Source: Alkalispirochaeta sp. (lineage in GTDB: Bacteria; Spirochaetota; Spirochaetia; DSM-27196; Alkalispirochaetaceae). Taken from it: a stretch of DNA of 64,000 nt. Shown here piece by piece: positions 1 through 9,632 of this stretch (positions within the stretch are counted from its first letter, which is position 1; the number at the start of each line of letters is the position of its first letter). The notes under the pieces were generated by a model. That model searched no databases, was not told the DNA's origin, and saw nothing but the letters and a program-made list of their open reading frames with translations. The position numbers and the translations under genes are program-made. The stretch covers positions 4,736,001 to 4,800,000 of the forward strand of contig OZ271854.1 in assembly GCA_965601925.1 (NCBI GenBank), given 5' to 3'.

Positions 1-1205
1 ATCGCGCGACGAACCGAGAGGGCGAGATCGGCGTGTTTGGGCGAGTCCGACGAGCGCTCTCGGTAATACGTGCGAACGCGAATATCGACCCGATCCAGCA
101 GAGCCGAGCCGAGACGCCTCCAGTATCGCTCTACCTCACGGTCGCTACACATACAGCGCGATTCCGGTCGTCCCAGCTTGCCGCACGGACACAGATTGCT
201 GGTGAGCACCAACTGAAACTGCGCCGGGAACTCCTCGGTAAGGCCCGCTCGGCTCACGGTCACCGATCGACGTTCCACCGGCTCCCGCAACGCCTGTAGG
301 ACGTGGGGGCGAAACTCGGCGGCTTCGTCCAGAATCATGATTCCCAGGTGCGACAGGCTCACCTCGCCCGGAAGGTGGCCCTTTCCGCCGCCGAGCAGCC
401 CCTCCATCGACGCGCTGTGATGCGGCATTCGCACCGGCGGTCGCGATCCGCTGAGTCCGCCCTCCAGACCGCGCATGGAGTAAATCCGCGCGACTACACG
501 AGCGTGCTCGTCCGGCATGTCGGGTAACAATGAGGAGAGTCGCCGCGCGGCCATCGTTTTTCCGCTTCCCGGGGGGCCGACGAGAAGGAGGTTATGAAAT
601 CCGGCCGCGGCAACCGCAGACGCCCATTTTAACGCCGGCTGCCCGCGAATATCGTCGAATGAAACCGCCTCCCGTTCCCGATTCGTTTGAGCCTCGATCT
701 CCGGTCGCGAGAAACCGCCGCGTTTCAACTCGCCGAGGGTATCGACTACCAGGAGGCCGCCGTGCGCAGCCTTACCGGCGTACAGCTCGCGCACGGCGCG
801 ACGCGCGACCACGACGTGGGGAACGCCCAGCTCCTCGGCCGACAAGACCGCCGAGAGCGTACCCCGCACGGGTACGACATCGCCCTGTATAGAGAGCTCG
901 CCGCTTGCCAATACGTCGCCGGGGAGGGTCACTTGTCCGCTCTGCTCCAGCACCGCCAGGGCGATCGCCAGATCGAATCCCGCCCCAATTTTGGGGACTT
1001 CCGCGGGGGAGAGACTTATGAGAATCCGCTCGGACGGGTACTCGAATCCGCTGTTCCGAATAGCGACCCGTACCCGTTCGCGCGCCTCGCGAACCTCGCT
1101 CGATGCGAGGCCGACGATATCCGTTCCCGGGAGGCCGCGTCGAATGTCGACCTCGACACGAACGGGAAGCCCCATCGCTCCGAATGGAGAAAAGCCGTAC
1201 ACCAT
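1..1205 (-). CDS. comM: ComM/YifB Mg-chelatase-like AAA+ ATPase (3' end runs off the window; absent from the ORF track)
   Basis: Manual minus-strand translation from ATG 1205: MVYGFSPFGAMGLPVRVEVDIRRGLPGTDIVGL...VREARERVRVAIRNSG, HNLLLVGPPGSGKTMAARR (Walker A), RMPHHSAS..GGG..PGEVSLSH.GIMILDEAAEF, LREP, SRAG..FPAQFQLV..NLCPCG. GAGGGGG RBS upstream. Confidence 0.95.
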   Translation of the reverse strand, partial: MVYGFSPFGAMGLPVRVEVDIRRGLPGTDIVGLASSEVREARERVRVAIRNSGFEYPSERILISLSPAEVPKIGAGFDLAIALAVLEQSGQVTLPGDVLASGELSIQGDVVPVRGTLSAVLSAEELGVPHVVVARRAVRELYAGKAAHGGLLVVDTLGELKRGGFSRPEIEAQTNREREAVSFDDIRGQPALKWASAVAAAGFHNLLLVGPPGSGKTMAARRLSSLLPDMPDEHARVVARIYSMRGLEGGLSGSRPPVRMPHHSASMEGLLGGGKGHLPGEVSLSHLGIMILDEAAEFRPHVLQALREPVERRSVTVSRAGLTEEFPAQFQLVLTSNLCPCGKLGRPESRCMCSDREVERYWRRLGSALLDRVDIRVRTYYRERSSDSPKHADLALSVRRA

Positions 1206-1252
1206 GAATCCCCCTCATCGCCGAGTATGACGGCACGGGGAGGTACGACGCT

Positions 1253-1723
1253 TTAGCGAGGCTTGGACTGTGCGGCAATCGCCCGTTGAACGAGACGATC
1301 ACACGCTTCATTGTGCTCGTGGCCGGAGTGCCCGGGCACCCATGCCCAACGCGGACGCAAGCGGTCGTTGAGGAGATCCAAGGTTTTCCACAACTCGTCA
1401 TTGCGAACCGGTTTCTTGGCGGCGGTACGCCATCCGTTCCGCTTCCATCCGGTGATCCACTCGGTGATACCGCGACGGACGTATTGGCTATCGGTCATGA
1501 CGCTCACGCTCGCATTGCGGTGCCGGCCCTCTACATATTCCAGCCCCTCGATGACCGCAGTCAACTCCATGCGGTTATTCGTCGTGGCCGACCGGTATCC
1601 CGCGTCCTCGGCCAGGACCGCTCCGCGATCGGAAATCAGTCGCCACGCCCAACCCCCGGGCCCCGGATTACCGTGGCATCCTCCGTCGGTATACAAAAGC
1701 AGTCGGTCGGAATCACTGTCCAT
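1253..1723 (-). CDS. rnhA: Ribonuclease HI
   Basis: YTDGGCHGNPGPGG, TTNNRMELTA, TDSQY, WKRNGWRT..KKPVRN.ELW, WVPGHSG..NE.CD. Start set at ATG 1723 after GGGAG; the ORF track extends to 1765. Confidence 0.97.
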   Translation of the reverse strand: MDSDSDRLLLYTDGGCHGNPGPGGWAWRLISDRGAVLAEDAGYRSATTNNRMELTAVIEGLEYVEGRHRNASVSVMTDSQYVRRGITEWITGWKRNGWRTAAKKPVRNDELWKTLDLLNDRLRPRWAWVPGHSGHEHNEACDRLVQRAIAAQSKPR

Positions 1724-1836
1724 GTTCAACTCCCCAGTGTAGCTGCACAACGTGTCGCCCCCCAATGTACGATGCGGTAGTCGGGAAGGCGGTATGAAAC
1801 GGTGTCGTCGCGTCCGGCATGCGGTCGGTGGGCTCG

Positions 1837-4800
1837 TTACACCGCACGAGGCACGATATCGTAGCGCATCGTGAGGTCCATCAAACTATCGAAGGGGCGG
1901 GAAAAACCCACCATGAGATAGCGTCGTGCTCCGGTGTCCCTGAGCGGCAACAACAGCCAGCTATTGACCGATACCAGCTTGCTCGCGTGGCAAGTATCGG
2001 CGAAATCGCGAAAAAACGACAGGGGTCGCTTGAGAAGGGCGACACGGCGAAAGGCGACGACATTCCGTACGAGGTCGCAATCGGGCTCGAAAGAGAGACT
2101 CGAATCACACTCTTCGCTCAACCCGATCCCGAAACTACCCTGCATACGCCCGTCCGCCAACTCATCGAGTACAAGGGCTACCCTCGCGTTCCAACGGCGC
2201 GTTATCTGCACCAACTCGCGATACACTTGACGAACTCCAACGTTACCCGAATCGACTCGTATCGGAAACTCGAACCCACCGGACACGATGCGAAGGGCGG
2301 TGTCTTGATGGTCGGCGGAGGATTGTTCCGATTCGGCGTCGTCAAAAATGTCGTCAAAATCGAGATCATCGAACGCCGTTTTGAGTACATCGTCAATGCT
2401 CGACAGGTCGTGGTGCAGGAGAATCTGTTCGGCCAGCAGCTGCACGCGCTGATCGATGTCGCGGTACTCCGCAAAGTACGCCGCCGCCCGGATCTGTATG
2501 AGTCCGTCCCGCTCCTCGAACACGCTGTGCCGACGACCGGCTGAAGCAAAGAAATCCTCAATCTCCATGATATGGTGCGTTTCGGTGTTCTCGATTCCGC
2601 GCACGACGATCTCGTCGGGGAGCGTTTCCTTCCGTATCGGTACTGTCGGCGCCGGACCGTCGGTGGAAGACGGCAGGGAGTCGCGAATGCTCGATGCGCC
2701 TCCGAATGAGGAAAAGGCGCTGACAAAGGACGGAGCACCCTCACCCACCTCTTCTATGGGTAGCGCCTCGGCGGAATCGAACTGCACTTCGTCGAGCTCT
2801 TCGATGAGCTCCTCCGACGCAACGGTGCCCCGGACCGGTGAGAGGTCCTCGACGTCGACGGGTTCCAGTTCCTCCACCGGTTCGAGCGCTCCCGATCCCG
2901 GTTCATCCGACTCCGCTATCTCCTCAAGTGCTTCGAGTTCTTCCGGATCATCGACGTCGACGATCTTCGGCAATCCGAACGTAGCCTCGTCCGGGTCGAC
3001 CATGGAGGCGTCGTCGGTTTGCGCGGCCTCCTCGAGCGGCGACGACGGAGCAAAATCGAGCGCGGCACGGTCTCCGGCCGGCTCAGGGATGAGCCTTTCA
3101 TCCTCGGACAGCTCCGGAGGTGTCGTGGAGACGGGCAACCAGTCTTGGGTGCGCGAAGCGGTCGCTCCCTCGGCACCGTCCGGAGATAGGTCGGCGTCCG
3201 AGCGCACGGTGTCGGGCTCATCTCGTACGGCATATCCGGCAAGCCAATCGGCCTCGGGCACGAGCGGCCCTATCTCCTCTTCGACGACGATTTCACCGAG
3301 AAACGGTTCTTCATCGATGCCTTCGACAATACCGATCGCAAGCGTTCCACCGGAGCCGTCTTCGCCGTACTCGGTTTCTTGCGGCTCGTCGACGGGGCCG
3401 GCCTCGTATGCCTCGTCGTCGGACTCGGCATCCGCGATCTCCGCCGATACGTCGTCGACGGCGACCGCCTCGTCCAGTTCGCCGTCGACGACCTCTTCGA
3501 GTTCGTCGATCGGCTCGGCTTCGACCATCTCCTCCACCACATCGAAAAACCTCGTGGGCGCTATATCCCCGGGCGCATCGGCGAGCTCCGCGGCAAGCTC
3601 CAGGTCTGCCGTCCCTTCAAACTCGTCAAGGCCTCCGGTTTCATCAGGCCGGCCGACCTGAACTTCATCGTGAACCCGACCCTCATCGGTCTCTATGAAC
3701 TCTTCCAGTTCGTCGACGGGCTCCGCATCCTCGATCCCCTCAAGCTCGTCGATCGGTTCGGCGTCAGGTATCTCTTCCGGATCATCGACCGGCTCGACAT
3801 CCCCGACCTCTTCCAGTTCGTCGACGGGCTCCGCGTCCTCGATCTCCTCAAGCTCGTCGATCGGTTCGGCGTCAGGCATCTCTTCCGGTCCGTCGACCGG
3901 CTTGCCGTCCCCGACCTCTTCCGACTCGTCGACGGGCTCCGCGTCCTCGATCTCCTCAAGCTCGTCGATCGGTTCGGCGTCAGGCATCTCTTCCGGATCA
4001 TCGACCGGCTCGACATCCCCGACCTCTTCCGACTCGTCGACGGGCTCCGCGTCCTCGATCTCCTCAAGCTCGTCGATCGGTTCCGCGTCAGGCATCTCTT
4101 CCGGATCATCGACCGGCTCGACATCCCCGACCTCTTCCAGTTCGTCGACGGGCTCCGCATCCTTGATCTCCTCAAGCTCGTCGATCGGTTCGGCGTCAGG
4201 TATCTCTTCCGGATCATCGACCGGCTCGACATCCCCGACCTCTTCCAGTTCGTCGACGGGCTCCGCGTCCTCGATCTCTTCCAACTCGTCGGATCGATGT
4301 CGTCTCGCCGGTTGCGACGCGACGTCCGACTCAGGATGCGTCGTTGAGGAAGCCGAGAGCCTCCCGTAGCGCGACAACGTGCGCTCGATAATCGCCTCGA
4401 TTTGCTTGAGGCTGACCGGTTCGAGCTCAGCCCGTTGCGCGTCGCCGCGGGTGCCGAAGAGGTGATAGAGCTCGTCCCAATTGCGACTCATCTCTTGTTC
4501 GAGTCGCCGGCGAGACTCCTCGTTCACGCGTCCCAAGCCGCGTTGCAACTCGTTATCGATGCGTTCGCGTCGTCCGTCAAGCTCCTTCTTCCACAACTCC
4601 GGCTCGACGGCACGTCCTTCGCGCAGATAATCGCGGACCACGGCCTGTTGAAATCGACGGAACCGCTCGGCGACGATGATCGTCGGGTCCTGACGAATAT
4701 TGAGAATTAAGTAGCTCACCAAGAAGGTCGCCACGAATACCGCGGCGAGAAGAATGACACGCAGGCCGTTGTCCATATGGAGTTCGGCCTCCCGTATGAG

Positions 4801-5619
4801 CATGACACCGACCGGAACGAACTCGCTCTCCTCCCGCACTTCGACGGCGAAGGTTGCACCGATCGCACTCTCGAGGATGGGTACCGAATCGCCGCGAGCG
4901 ACCGCCGTGTCGATGTGCGACAGATCCTCCCGGTTGAAGTGGCGCGGCGCGTTGAACACCAACACGCCGCCAGGTGTTAGGCGAACGCGTTGCGAAGGGC
5001 CGATGATTCCCTGATCAACGAGGCGCGAGAAGAGGCCGCTACTACCGGCCCACGCAACGAGGACACCCCGCGGTATGGAGAAGCCGTCGACTATGGGCGC
5101 CGTTACCCGCACCCCCCCGCGCTCCGGAATCCACTCCACCCCGCGCTCTTCTTCCGGCGTTTGCGGGAGAAACAACGGCGGGTCGAGGGCCTCAACCGGT
5201 TGGTACTCGATGCTGACGTCACTACGCGACCGAATGTCCGCATCGAGTGAGCTGAACCACAACCGTCCCCGTTCATTGTCGATGATTCGTATATAGTCGA
5301 TTTCCGGGCGCGACTCCGATAACCGACCCATCAACCGAGCGCGTTCTTCCGTGTCGGTACGGCTCTGATTGATGAGAAACACGGCGCCGACGGACCGCTC
5401 GGCGGCCAGCGAGCCGATGTCGCGAAGGAGGGCGCGCGAATACTGCGCAGTGACGCCCGCGGCCTCTTCCATGAGGGCGCGCGTCGTCGATCGTACCCGT
5501 TGATTGTAAAACCGCGTATCGATGAGGTCAAAAAGCCCCGAATAGGCGGCCACGGCGAAGCCGGTGAACACAGCCGTGGCGAGAAGGAAGCTTAACAGGA
5601 CCTTTTGAAATACTTTCAT
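1837..5619 (-). CDS. Large (1260 aa) two-TM membrane protein: extracytoplasmic domain, long acidic repeat/disordered region, C-terminal GAF-like domain
   Basis: Hydrophobic segments at aa ~7-30 and ~288-308; D/E/P-rich tandem repeats; globular C-terminus (..LLLPLRDTGARRYLMVGF). The GAF call is inference. Confidence 0.75.
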   Translation of the reverse strand: MKVFQKVLLSFLLATAVFTGFAVAAYSGLFDLIDTRFYNQRVRSTTRALMEEAAGVTAQYSRALLRDIGSLAAERSVGAVFLINQSRTDTEERARLMGRLSESRPEIDYIRIIDNERGRLWFSSLDADIRSRSDVSIEYQPVEALDPPLFLPQTPEEERGVEWIPERGGVRVTAPIVDGFSIPRGVLVAWAGSSGLFSRLVDQGIIGPSQRVRLTPGGVLVFNAPRHFNREDLSHIDTAVARGDSVPILESAIGATFAVEVREESEFVPVGVMLIREAELHMDNGLRVILLAAVFVATFLVSYLILNIRQDPTIIVAERFRRFQQAVVRDYLREGRAVEPELWKKELDGRRERIDNELQRGLGRVNEESRRRLEQEMSRNWDELYHLFGTRGDAQRAELEPVSLKQIEAIIERTLSRYGRLSASSTTHPESDVASQPARRHRSDELEEIEDAEPVDELEEVGDVEPVDDPEEIPDAEPIDELEEIKDAEPVDELEEVGDVEPVDDPEEMPDAEPIDELEEIEDAEPVDESEEVGDVEPVDDPEEMPDAEPIDELEEIEDAEPVDESEEVGDGKPVDGPEEMPDAEPIDELEEIEDAEPVDELEEVGDVEPVDDPEEIPDAEPIDELEGIEDAEPVDELEEFIETDEGRVHDEVQVGRPDETGGLDEFEGTADLELAAELADAPGDIAPTRFFDVVEEMVEAEPIDELEEVVDGELDEAVAVDDVSAEIADAESDDEAYEAGPVDEPQETEYGEDGSGGTLAIGIVEGIDEEPFLGEIVVEEEIGPLVPEADWLAGYAVRDEPDTVRSDADLSPDGAEGATASRTQDWLPVSTTPPELSEDERLIPEPAGDRAALDFAPSSPLEEAAQTDDASMVDPDEATFGLPKIVDVDDPEELEALEEIAESDEPGSGALEPVEELEPVDVEDLSPVRGTVASEELIEELDEVQFDSAEALPIEEVGEGAPSFVSAFSSFGGASSIRDSLPSSTDGPAPTVPIRKETLPDEIVVRGIENTETHHIMEIEDFFASAGRRHSVFEERDGLIQIRAAAYFAEYRDIDQRVQLLAEQILLHHDLSSIDDVLKTAFDDLDFDDIFDDAESEQSSADHQDTALRIVSGGFEFPIRVDSGNVGVRQVYRELVQITRRWNARVALVLDELADGRMQGSFGIGLSEECDSSLSFEPDCDLVRNVVAFRRVALLKRPLSFFRDFADTCHASKLVSVNSWLLLPLRDTGARRYLMVGFSRPFDSLMDLTMRYDIVPRAV
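3700..4290 (-). repeat. Intragenic tandem repeat: 108-bp (36-aa) unit, 5 full copies plus a partial, each made of three 36-bp (12-aa) subunits
   Basis: Unit DELEEIEDAEPV-DELEEVGDVEPV-DDPEE(I/M)PDAEPI repeats with few substitutions; near-identical at DNA level. Confidence 0.95.
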
Positions 5620-6114
5620 CTTCGATCAATCAACACGTCGGGCATAGGTAATCTCCTAACAATTGTCGGTTATGGCAAGGGGCTTATTAATTGCAACCCG
5701 TCACATTACACTCCGGACTCTGCCGCTCTCTCCGACTACTACAAGTATGACGCGCATTGGACGAATATCTTCTCTACGGCGATCCAATTGGCGCGCTGTA
5801 TGAGGGTAGGGACGGGAGCGTGCCGATATGTCCTACGCGCTCTTCACGCGGTCGGCGCGTTGCCGCCGTAACGGAGGCGAGCCGAAGGGGGACGCGCGTA
5901 CAGTATGCTCCTCGATCTCGATACCAACGACACGCGCGCTCGTCCCGTGTTACAAGAGACGCTTCGGACGGCAAACACTTGTGACCGGTGCGGGCTCGCG
6001 AGATTTCGACGGATCGGCCGTCGAGGCGTCGGTTCGGCGACGCTCCGGACGACGCAGGGGCGTATCGCCGGTGAGCCGCGAATCGACGTACGACGACCGG
6101 CATGGGGAGGAGCG

Positions 6115-6975
6115 ATGGACGCAACTGAGAGGCGATCGACGGTAGCCCAAGAGCTGGTTATGCGGGCGGGACGGCGCGCGCAAGAGCTACGCGACGGTGG
6201 CGTGTCGCGGGACGTAAAGGGTCGTCACGACTTCGTTACCGACGCCGACCGCGAGATCGAGGAGACGTTACGCAGCGAACTCCACGCCTCGTTTCCCGCG
6301 GACCGCTTTCTGGGCGAGGAGACGGGAGTTCGAGAGCCCGAGGACGAACTATCCGGTAACGGCGCGGTGAATGCGTCCGATGGTACGGCGCGGGGCACCG
6401 GCCTGTGGATTCTCGATCCCGTCGACGGCACCGCAAACTTCGCCGCGGGACTCGATGTGTGGTGCGTATCCCTGGCGTGGGTGCGCGACGGTGCGGCGCA
6501 CCTTGGAGTCGTCTATGCACCCGACTGCGACGAACTGTACGTCGCGCGGCGAGGGGGCGGGACGCGCCTCAACGGACGGCCCCTCTCCATCACCGACACG
6601 ACGCCGGTAGAACACTCCCTCATTATGACCGGTCGCGGCGCGTCGCTCTCGGTGGAACACCACCTAGAGATCCTTCGACGAATCTTGGCGCTCGGGTTCG
6701 AGTACCGCCGTCTCGGTTCCGGAGCGTTGGGAATTGCACGCGTCGCCACCGGCCGAATCCAGGGATACGTGGAGCCGGCGATGTATCCGTGGGACGTTGC
6801 GGCCGCCCGTTTGGTAGTAGAAGAGGCCGGTGGGGCGCTCTCGCCGTACCCGTTCGATGCTTCGGCACAGGAGTTGGGACCGCCGGTCGTTGCGTGCCGC
6901 CGAGACCTCCTCTCGATGCTTACGACGACCGTCACCGCTCTGGATCCGATCTCCGAAACGGAGCACTCCGTGTAG
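6115..6975 (+). CDS. Inositol monophosphatase family protein (SuhB/HisN-like)
   Basis: DFVTDADREIE, FLGEE, WILDPVDGTANF, RRLGSGAL, PWDVAAA. GGAGG RBS before ATG 6115. Confidence 0.92.
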   Translation: MDATERRSTVAQELVMRAGRRAQELRDGGVSRDVKGRHDFVTDADREIEETLRSELHASFPADRFLGEETGVREPEDELSGNGAVNASDGTARGTGLWILDPVDGTANFAAGLDVWCVSLAWVRDGAAHLGVVYAPDCDELYVARRGGGTRLNGRPLSITDTTPVEHSLIMTGRGASLSVEHHLEILRRILALGFEYRRLGSGALGIARVATGRIQGYVEPAMYPWDVAAARLVVEEAGGALSPYPFDASAQELGPPVVACRRDLLSMLTTTVTALDPISETEHSV

Positions 6976-7065
6976 GATCGGTGTGGCGGACCGGCCGAAC
7001 CTCGATGTGTTCCCCTCGATCGAGGCCGTCCGCTGTAACCATTCGTCGGCTACGCTCCGAGTGAA

Positions 7066-9438
7066 CTACCGGTAGTCCGGGAGCGCGATGCGTTGTCCCG
7101 GAACGATGATGGCAAACTGCTCCAGCTGAGGATTGGCCTCGAACACGTCCAGGATGTATTGAAGCCACGTTACGTCCGGCGAAACCGAGTACGGAGTACC
7201 ATCCGCGGTAGCAATGGAAGCGTCCGAGGCGCGGCGGAACAGGTCCCACGCGGTCTGTCCCGCCGCGACGGTCCACACGAACCCGTCCTGGCCGCCCTCG
7301 ATACGATAGATCGCGACCGCGCCCTCCTCGCCTCGTCGACCCTCCCGTCGATCCGAGGCCGACGGGCTCTGCGCGTTGCGCCGAGGCTCGGTGTCGGAAC
7401 GCGACGCCGCGGAAGGCTCGCCCGTCTCGATGAGAGTATCGCCGTCGCCGGATCGACGAGTGATCACCTCCCCGTGGTCGCGCCGGTTGCCGCGGACTAT
7501 GAGCACCAGCACGGATAGAAGCGCGACTCCCACCGCGACGATTGCGCGAAACGGCACCCGTCTCCCGCGCGAAGGTCGCCGCCCGCCGCCGGCCTCCCGA
7601 TCGCGAGGTCCCGTCGCGGCGTCACTCGCCGGCGCGAGGGGCGTTTGTTCGACGGCGTCGCGTGGTTTCACGTCCGTTTTGCTCGTTGTCGCGTTAGCTC
7701 GGCTCGCGTCGGCCGCGTCGAGAGCTGAAGCGGTTTCCGGCTCCGACACGCCCGTACGCGACGGTCCATTCTCCACTTCATGGGACTCTCCGCTCTCGAC
7801 GCCTTCGACGACGAGTTCCACCGGCGATGCGTCGCCGACGGATGAGGAGGGCTGCGCGGGTTCTGCGTCGGTGGGGCCGACTGCAGTCCCGCCGGTATCG
7901 TCCGCGGCGCGACCGTGCTCCTTCGGCGATGCCGGAGTCGACTCGCGGCGTTCTTCTCTCCCGGGCCGCCCCTCGCCGGATGCCTCGGGTGCCGGCGTTC
8001 GCATGTCGGGCGATACGGCCCGGTCTTTGCGTTCCGTGCGGCCCGCCTTGCTCGTTCGACCGGCACTCGCCGGACTGGGAGCGGCCGCGTCGCTCTCCCC
8101 CGCGCGGCCGGCTGCAGGCGGCCCGATCGTCTCGTCGGCGGGTGCGTCGGTATGGGTCGCCGTCTCCTCTCCGTCGACGTCGGCGCCGTCTATCCCTTCG
8201 ATGATCCGCAAGAGTTCACTCAAGTTACGATTAAAGTGGATGGTGTAGTCAGAGGTCGCCTCCTCTCCGGACGCGCCCCGGGCCTTGTACCCCGCCGCAC
8301 CGCGGCCCGACTCCGCGGAAGCCTCGATGTTCCCCGCGACCGTGCCGAGCCGTTCTCCCAAGTCACTCCGACTCTCATCGGCCGACGCCTCGGACCGCAG
8401 TCGGTCCGCATCGCCTTCTCGCGCGCCCACGGGATCCGACAGACGCGTGCCGGCGACGATGTCGGCTTCCGTTACAGGGAACGGATGTGCCGGTTGCGGC
8501 GCCCGGGAAGACGAGTCGATCGGCGCGCCGTCCCCGCGCCGATCGCGATCGCTCGTACCGTCGACGGCGAAACGGCGAGGTCGGTCGGCCTCGGCTCCGC
8601 TTTCCGGGTAAAGGGCGGCCGGGCCTCGCCGGTGCGGCGCTCCCTCGGGCGTCCCGGACGAGGGAGCTCTTTCGGTGTCGGGCGTTTGCTCGTCATCGGC
8701 CGTATCGGGGCTGCGGATCGAGCGCTCGATGGACCGTTCGGCACCGTCGGGCGAAACGGTATCGCCGATCGTCGGCTCCTCGGCGTAGTTAAACTCGCCG
8801 GACAGTGCGGCGTCGCCTTTGCGTTCCAGCTCTGCGATAATCGCCTTCAGACTGCGAAGATACGCAAGCGTGCCGGCGACGACGTTGTCCGGTAGGCGCG
8901 CATCGATACGGTACATCAAGAAGCTCAGCATCGCACGATTCTGTTCGTGTAAATCGACGCGACACATGATCATCGTGAGATATAGCGCAACCTCGGCGGG
9001 AGTGAAGGTCGATTGCACGGTCCGGATCTTCATTCCATGGCTAATCGCCCGCCGAAAGGACAGATACGCGCGACTCCCGATATCGTAGGTCACATCGGAG
9101 GGGAGCGGATGACGACTACGAAAGAGGTGCGCGCGAAGAACGTTCTCGTCGGCGAGGTCCAACCGTCCGCGCAATCGCGCAAAGAGCCGTTCGGTCGTAA
9201 CGAAGTTGCTCTCACCCAACTTCGCCGTCAACAGGAGCGCCAGGACGAGGTGTTCTTTGGGTCCCGACGGATCGGCGTACTCCTCTTCTACAATCGCACG
9301 AACGCGCGCGCGGTCCCGCCCGTCGTGGAGCGCGAGAAATGCAGCGATGCGTTCATCGAGCTGCGTACACCACTTGTGAATGTGCGCGAATGCAAAGAGT
9401 GCCTGCAGCTCGTCTCGAATTTCGTCGTCACGCGCCAT
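7066..9438 (-). CDS. Hypothetical bitopic membrane protein: helical N-domain, ~400-aa disordered linker, one TM, C-terminal LysM-like domain
   Basis: GGAGGAGG RBS; TM AIVAVGVALLSVLVLIV preceded by Arg-rich stretch; C-term WTVAAGQTAWDL...FEANPQL...IVPGQRIALP resembles LysM. Confidence 0.7.
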   Translation of the reverse strand: MARDDEIRDELQALFAFAHIHKWCTQLDERIAAFLALHDGRDRARVRAIVEEEYADPSGPKEHLVLALLLTAKLGESNFVTTERLFARLRGRLDLADENVLRAHLFRSRHPLPSDVTYDIGSRAYLSFRRAISHGMKIRTVQSTFTPAEVALYLTMIMCRVDLHEQNRAMLSFLMYRIDARLPDNVVAGTLAYLRSLKAIIAELERKGDAALSGEFNYAEEPTIGDTVSPDGAERSIERSIRSPDTADDEQTPDTERAPSSGTPEGAPHRRGPAALYPESGAEADRPRRFAVDGTSDRDRRGDGAPIDSSSRAPQPAHPFPVTEADIVAGTRLSDPVGAREGDADRLRSEASADESRSDLGERLGTVAGNIEASAESGRGAAGYKARGASGEEATSDYTIHFNRNLSELLRIIEGIDGADVDGEETATHTDAPADETIGPPAAGRAGESDAAAPSPASAGRTSKAGRTERKDRAVSPDMRTPAPEASGEGRPGREERRESTPASPKEHGRAADDTGGTAVGPTDAEPAQPSSSVGDASPVELVVEGVESGESHEVENGPSRTGVSEPETASALDAADASRANATTSKTDVKPRDAVEQTPLAPASDAATGPRDREAGGGRRPSRGRRVPFRAIVAVGVALLSVLVLIVRGNRRDHGEVITRRSGDGDTLIETGEPSAASRSDTEPRRNAQSPSASDRREGRRGEEGAVAIYRIEGGQDGFVWTVAAGQTAWDLFRRASDASIATADGTPYSVSPDVTWLQYILDVFEANPQLEQFAIIVPGQRIALPDYR

Positions 9439-9632
9439 TCCGCGAACTCTTTCACCTCCTCCCTACAGCATAAGCCAGCGGCAAAAACTCTTCCCCTTCG
9501 ATACCGATCTCGGTGATCAGCGTAGAAAGCGTTGCCGATACGCCCAAAGAGGACCATTCGGTTCGAATTTGCAATTTCGTCGTGCATGACCGAAGGTCTT
9601 ACATGGGAAGAAGTGATTCGAGGAATCCTGAT

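Noticed and set aside
33..1256. Plus-strand ORFs 33-299, 303-527, 530-892 and 687-1256
   Set aside because: Antisense shadows of comM, which is clearly encoded on the minus strand.
3379..4369. Repetitive ORFs in other frames (LRR-looking 322 aa, Ser-rich 224 aa) and a possible CRISPR-like 36-bp period
   Set aside because: These are alternate-frame readings of the acidic coding repeat. There are no unique spacers and no cas genes.
5620..6114. Small ORFs or an RNA in the ~500-bp divergent intergenic region
   Set aside because: No recognisable protein motif, RNA consensus or convincing sigma28 promoter. The 5905 extension of the IMPase lacks support compared with the RBS at 6115.
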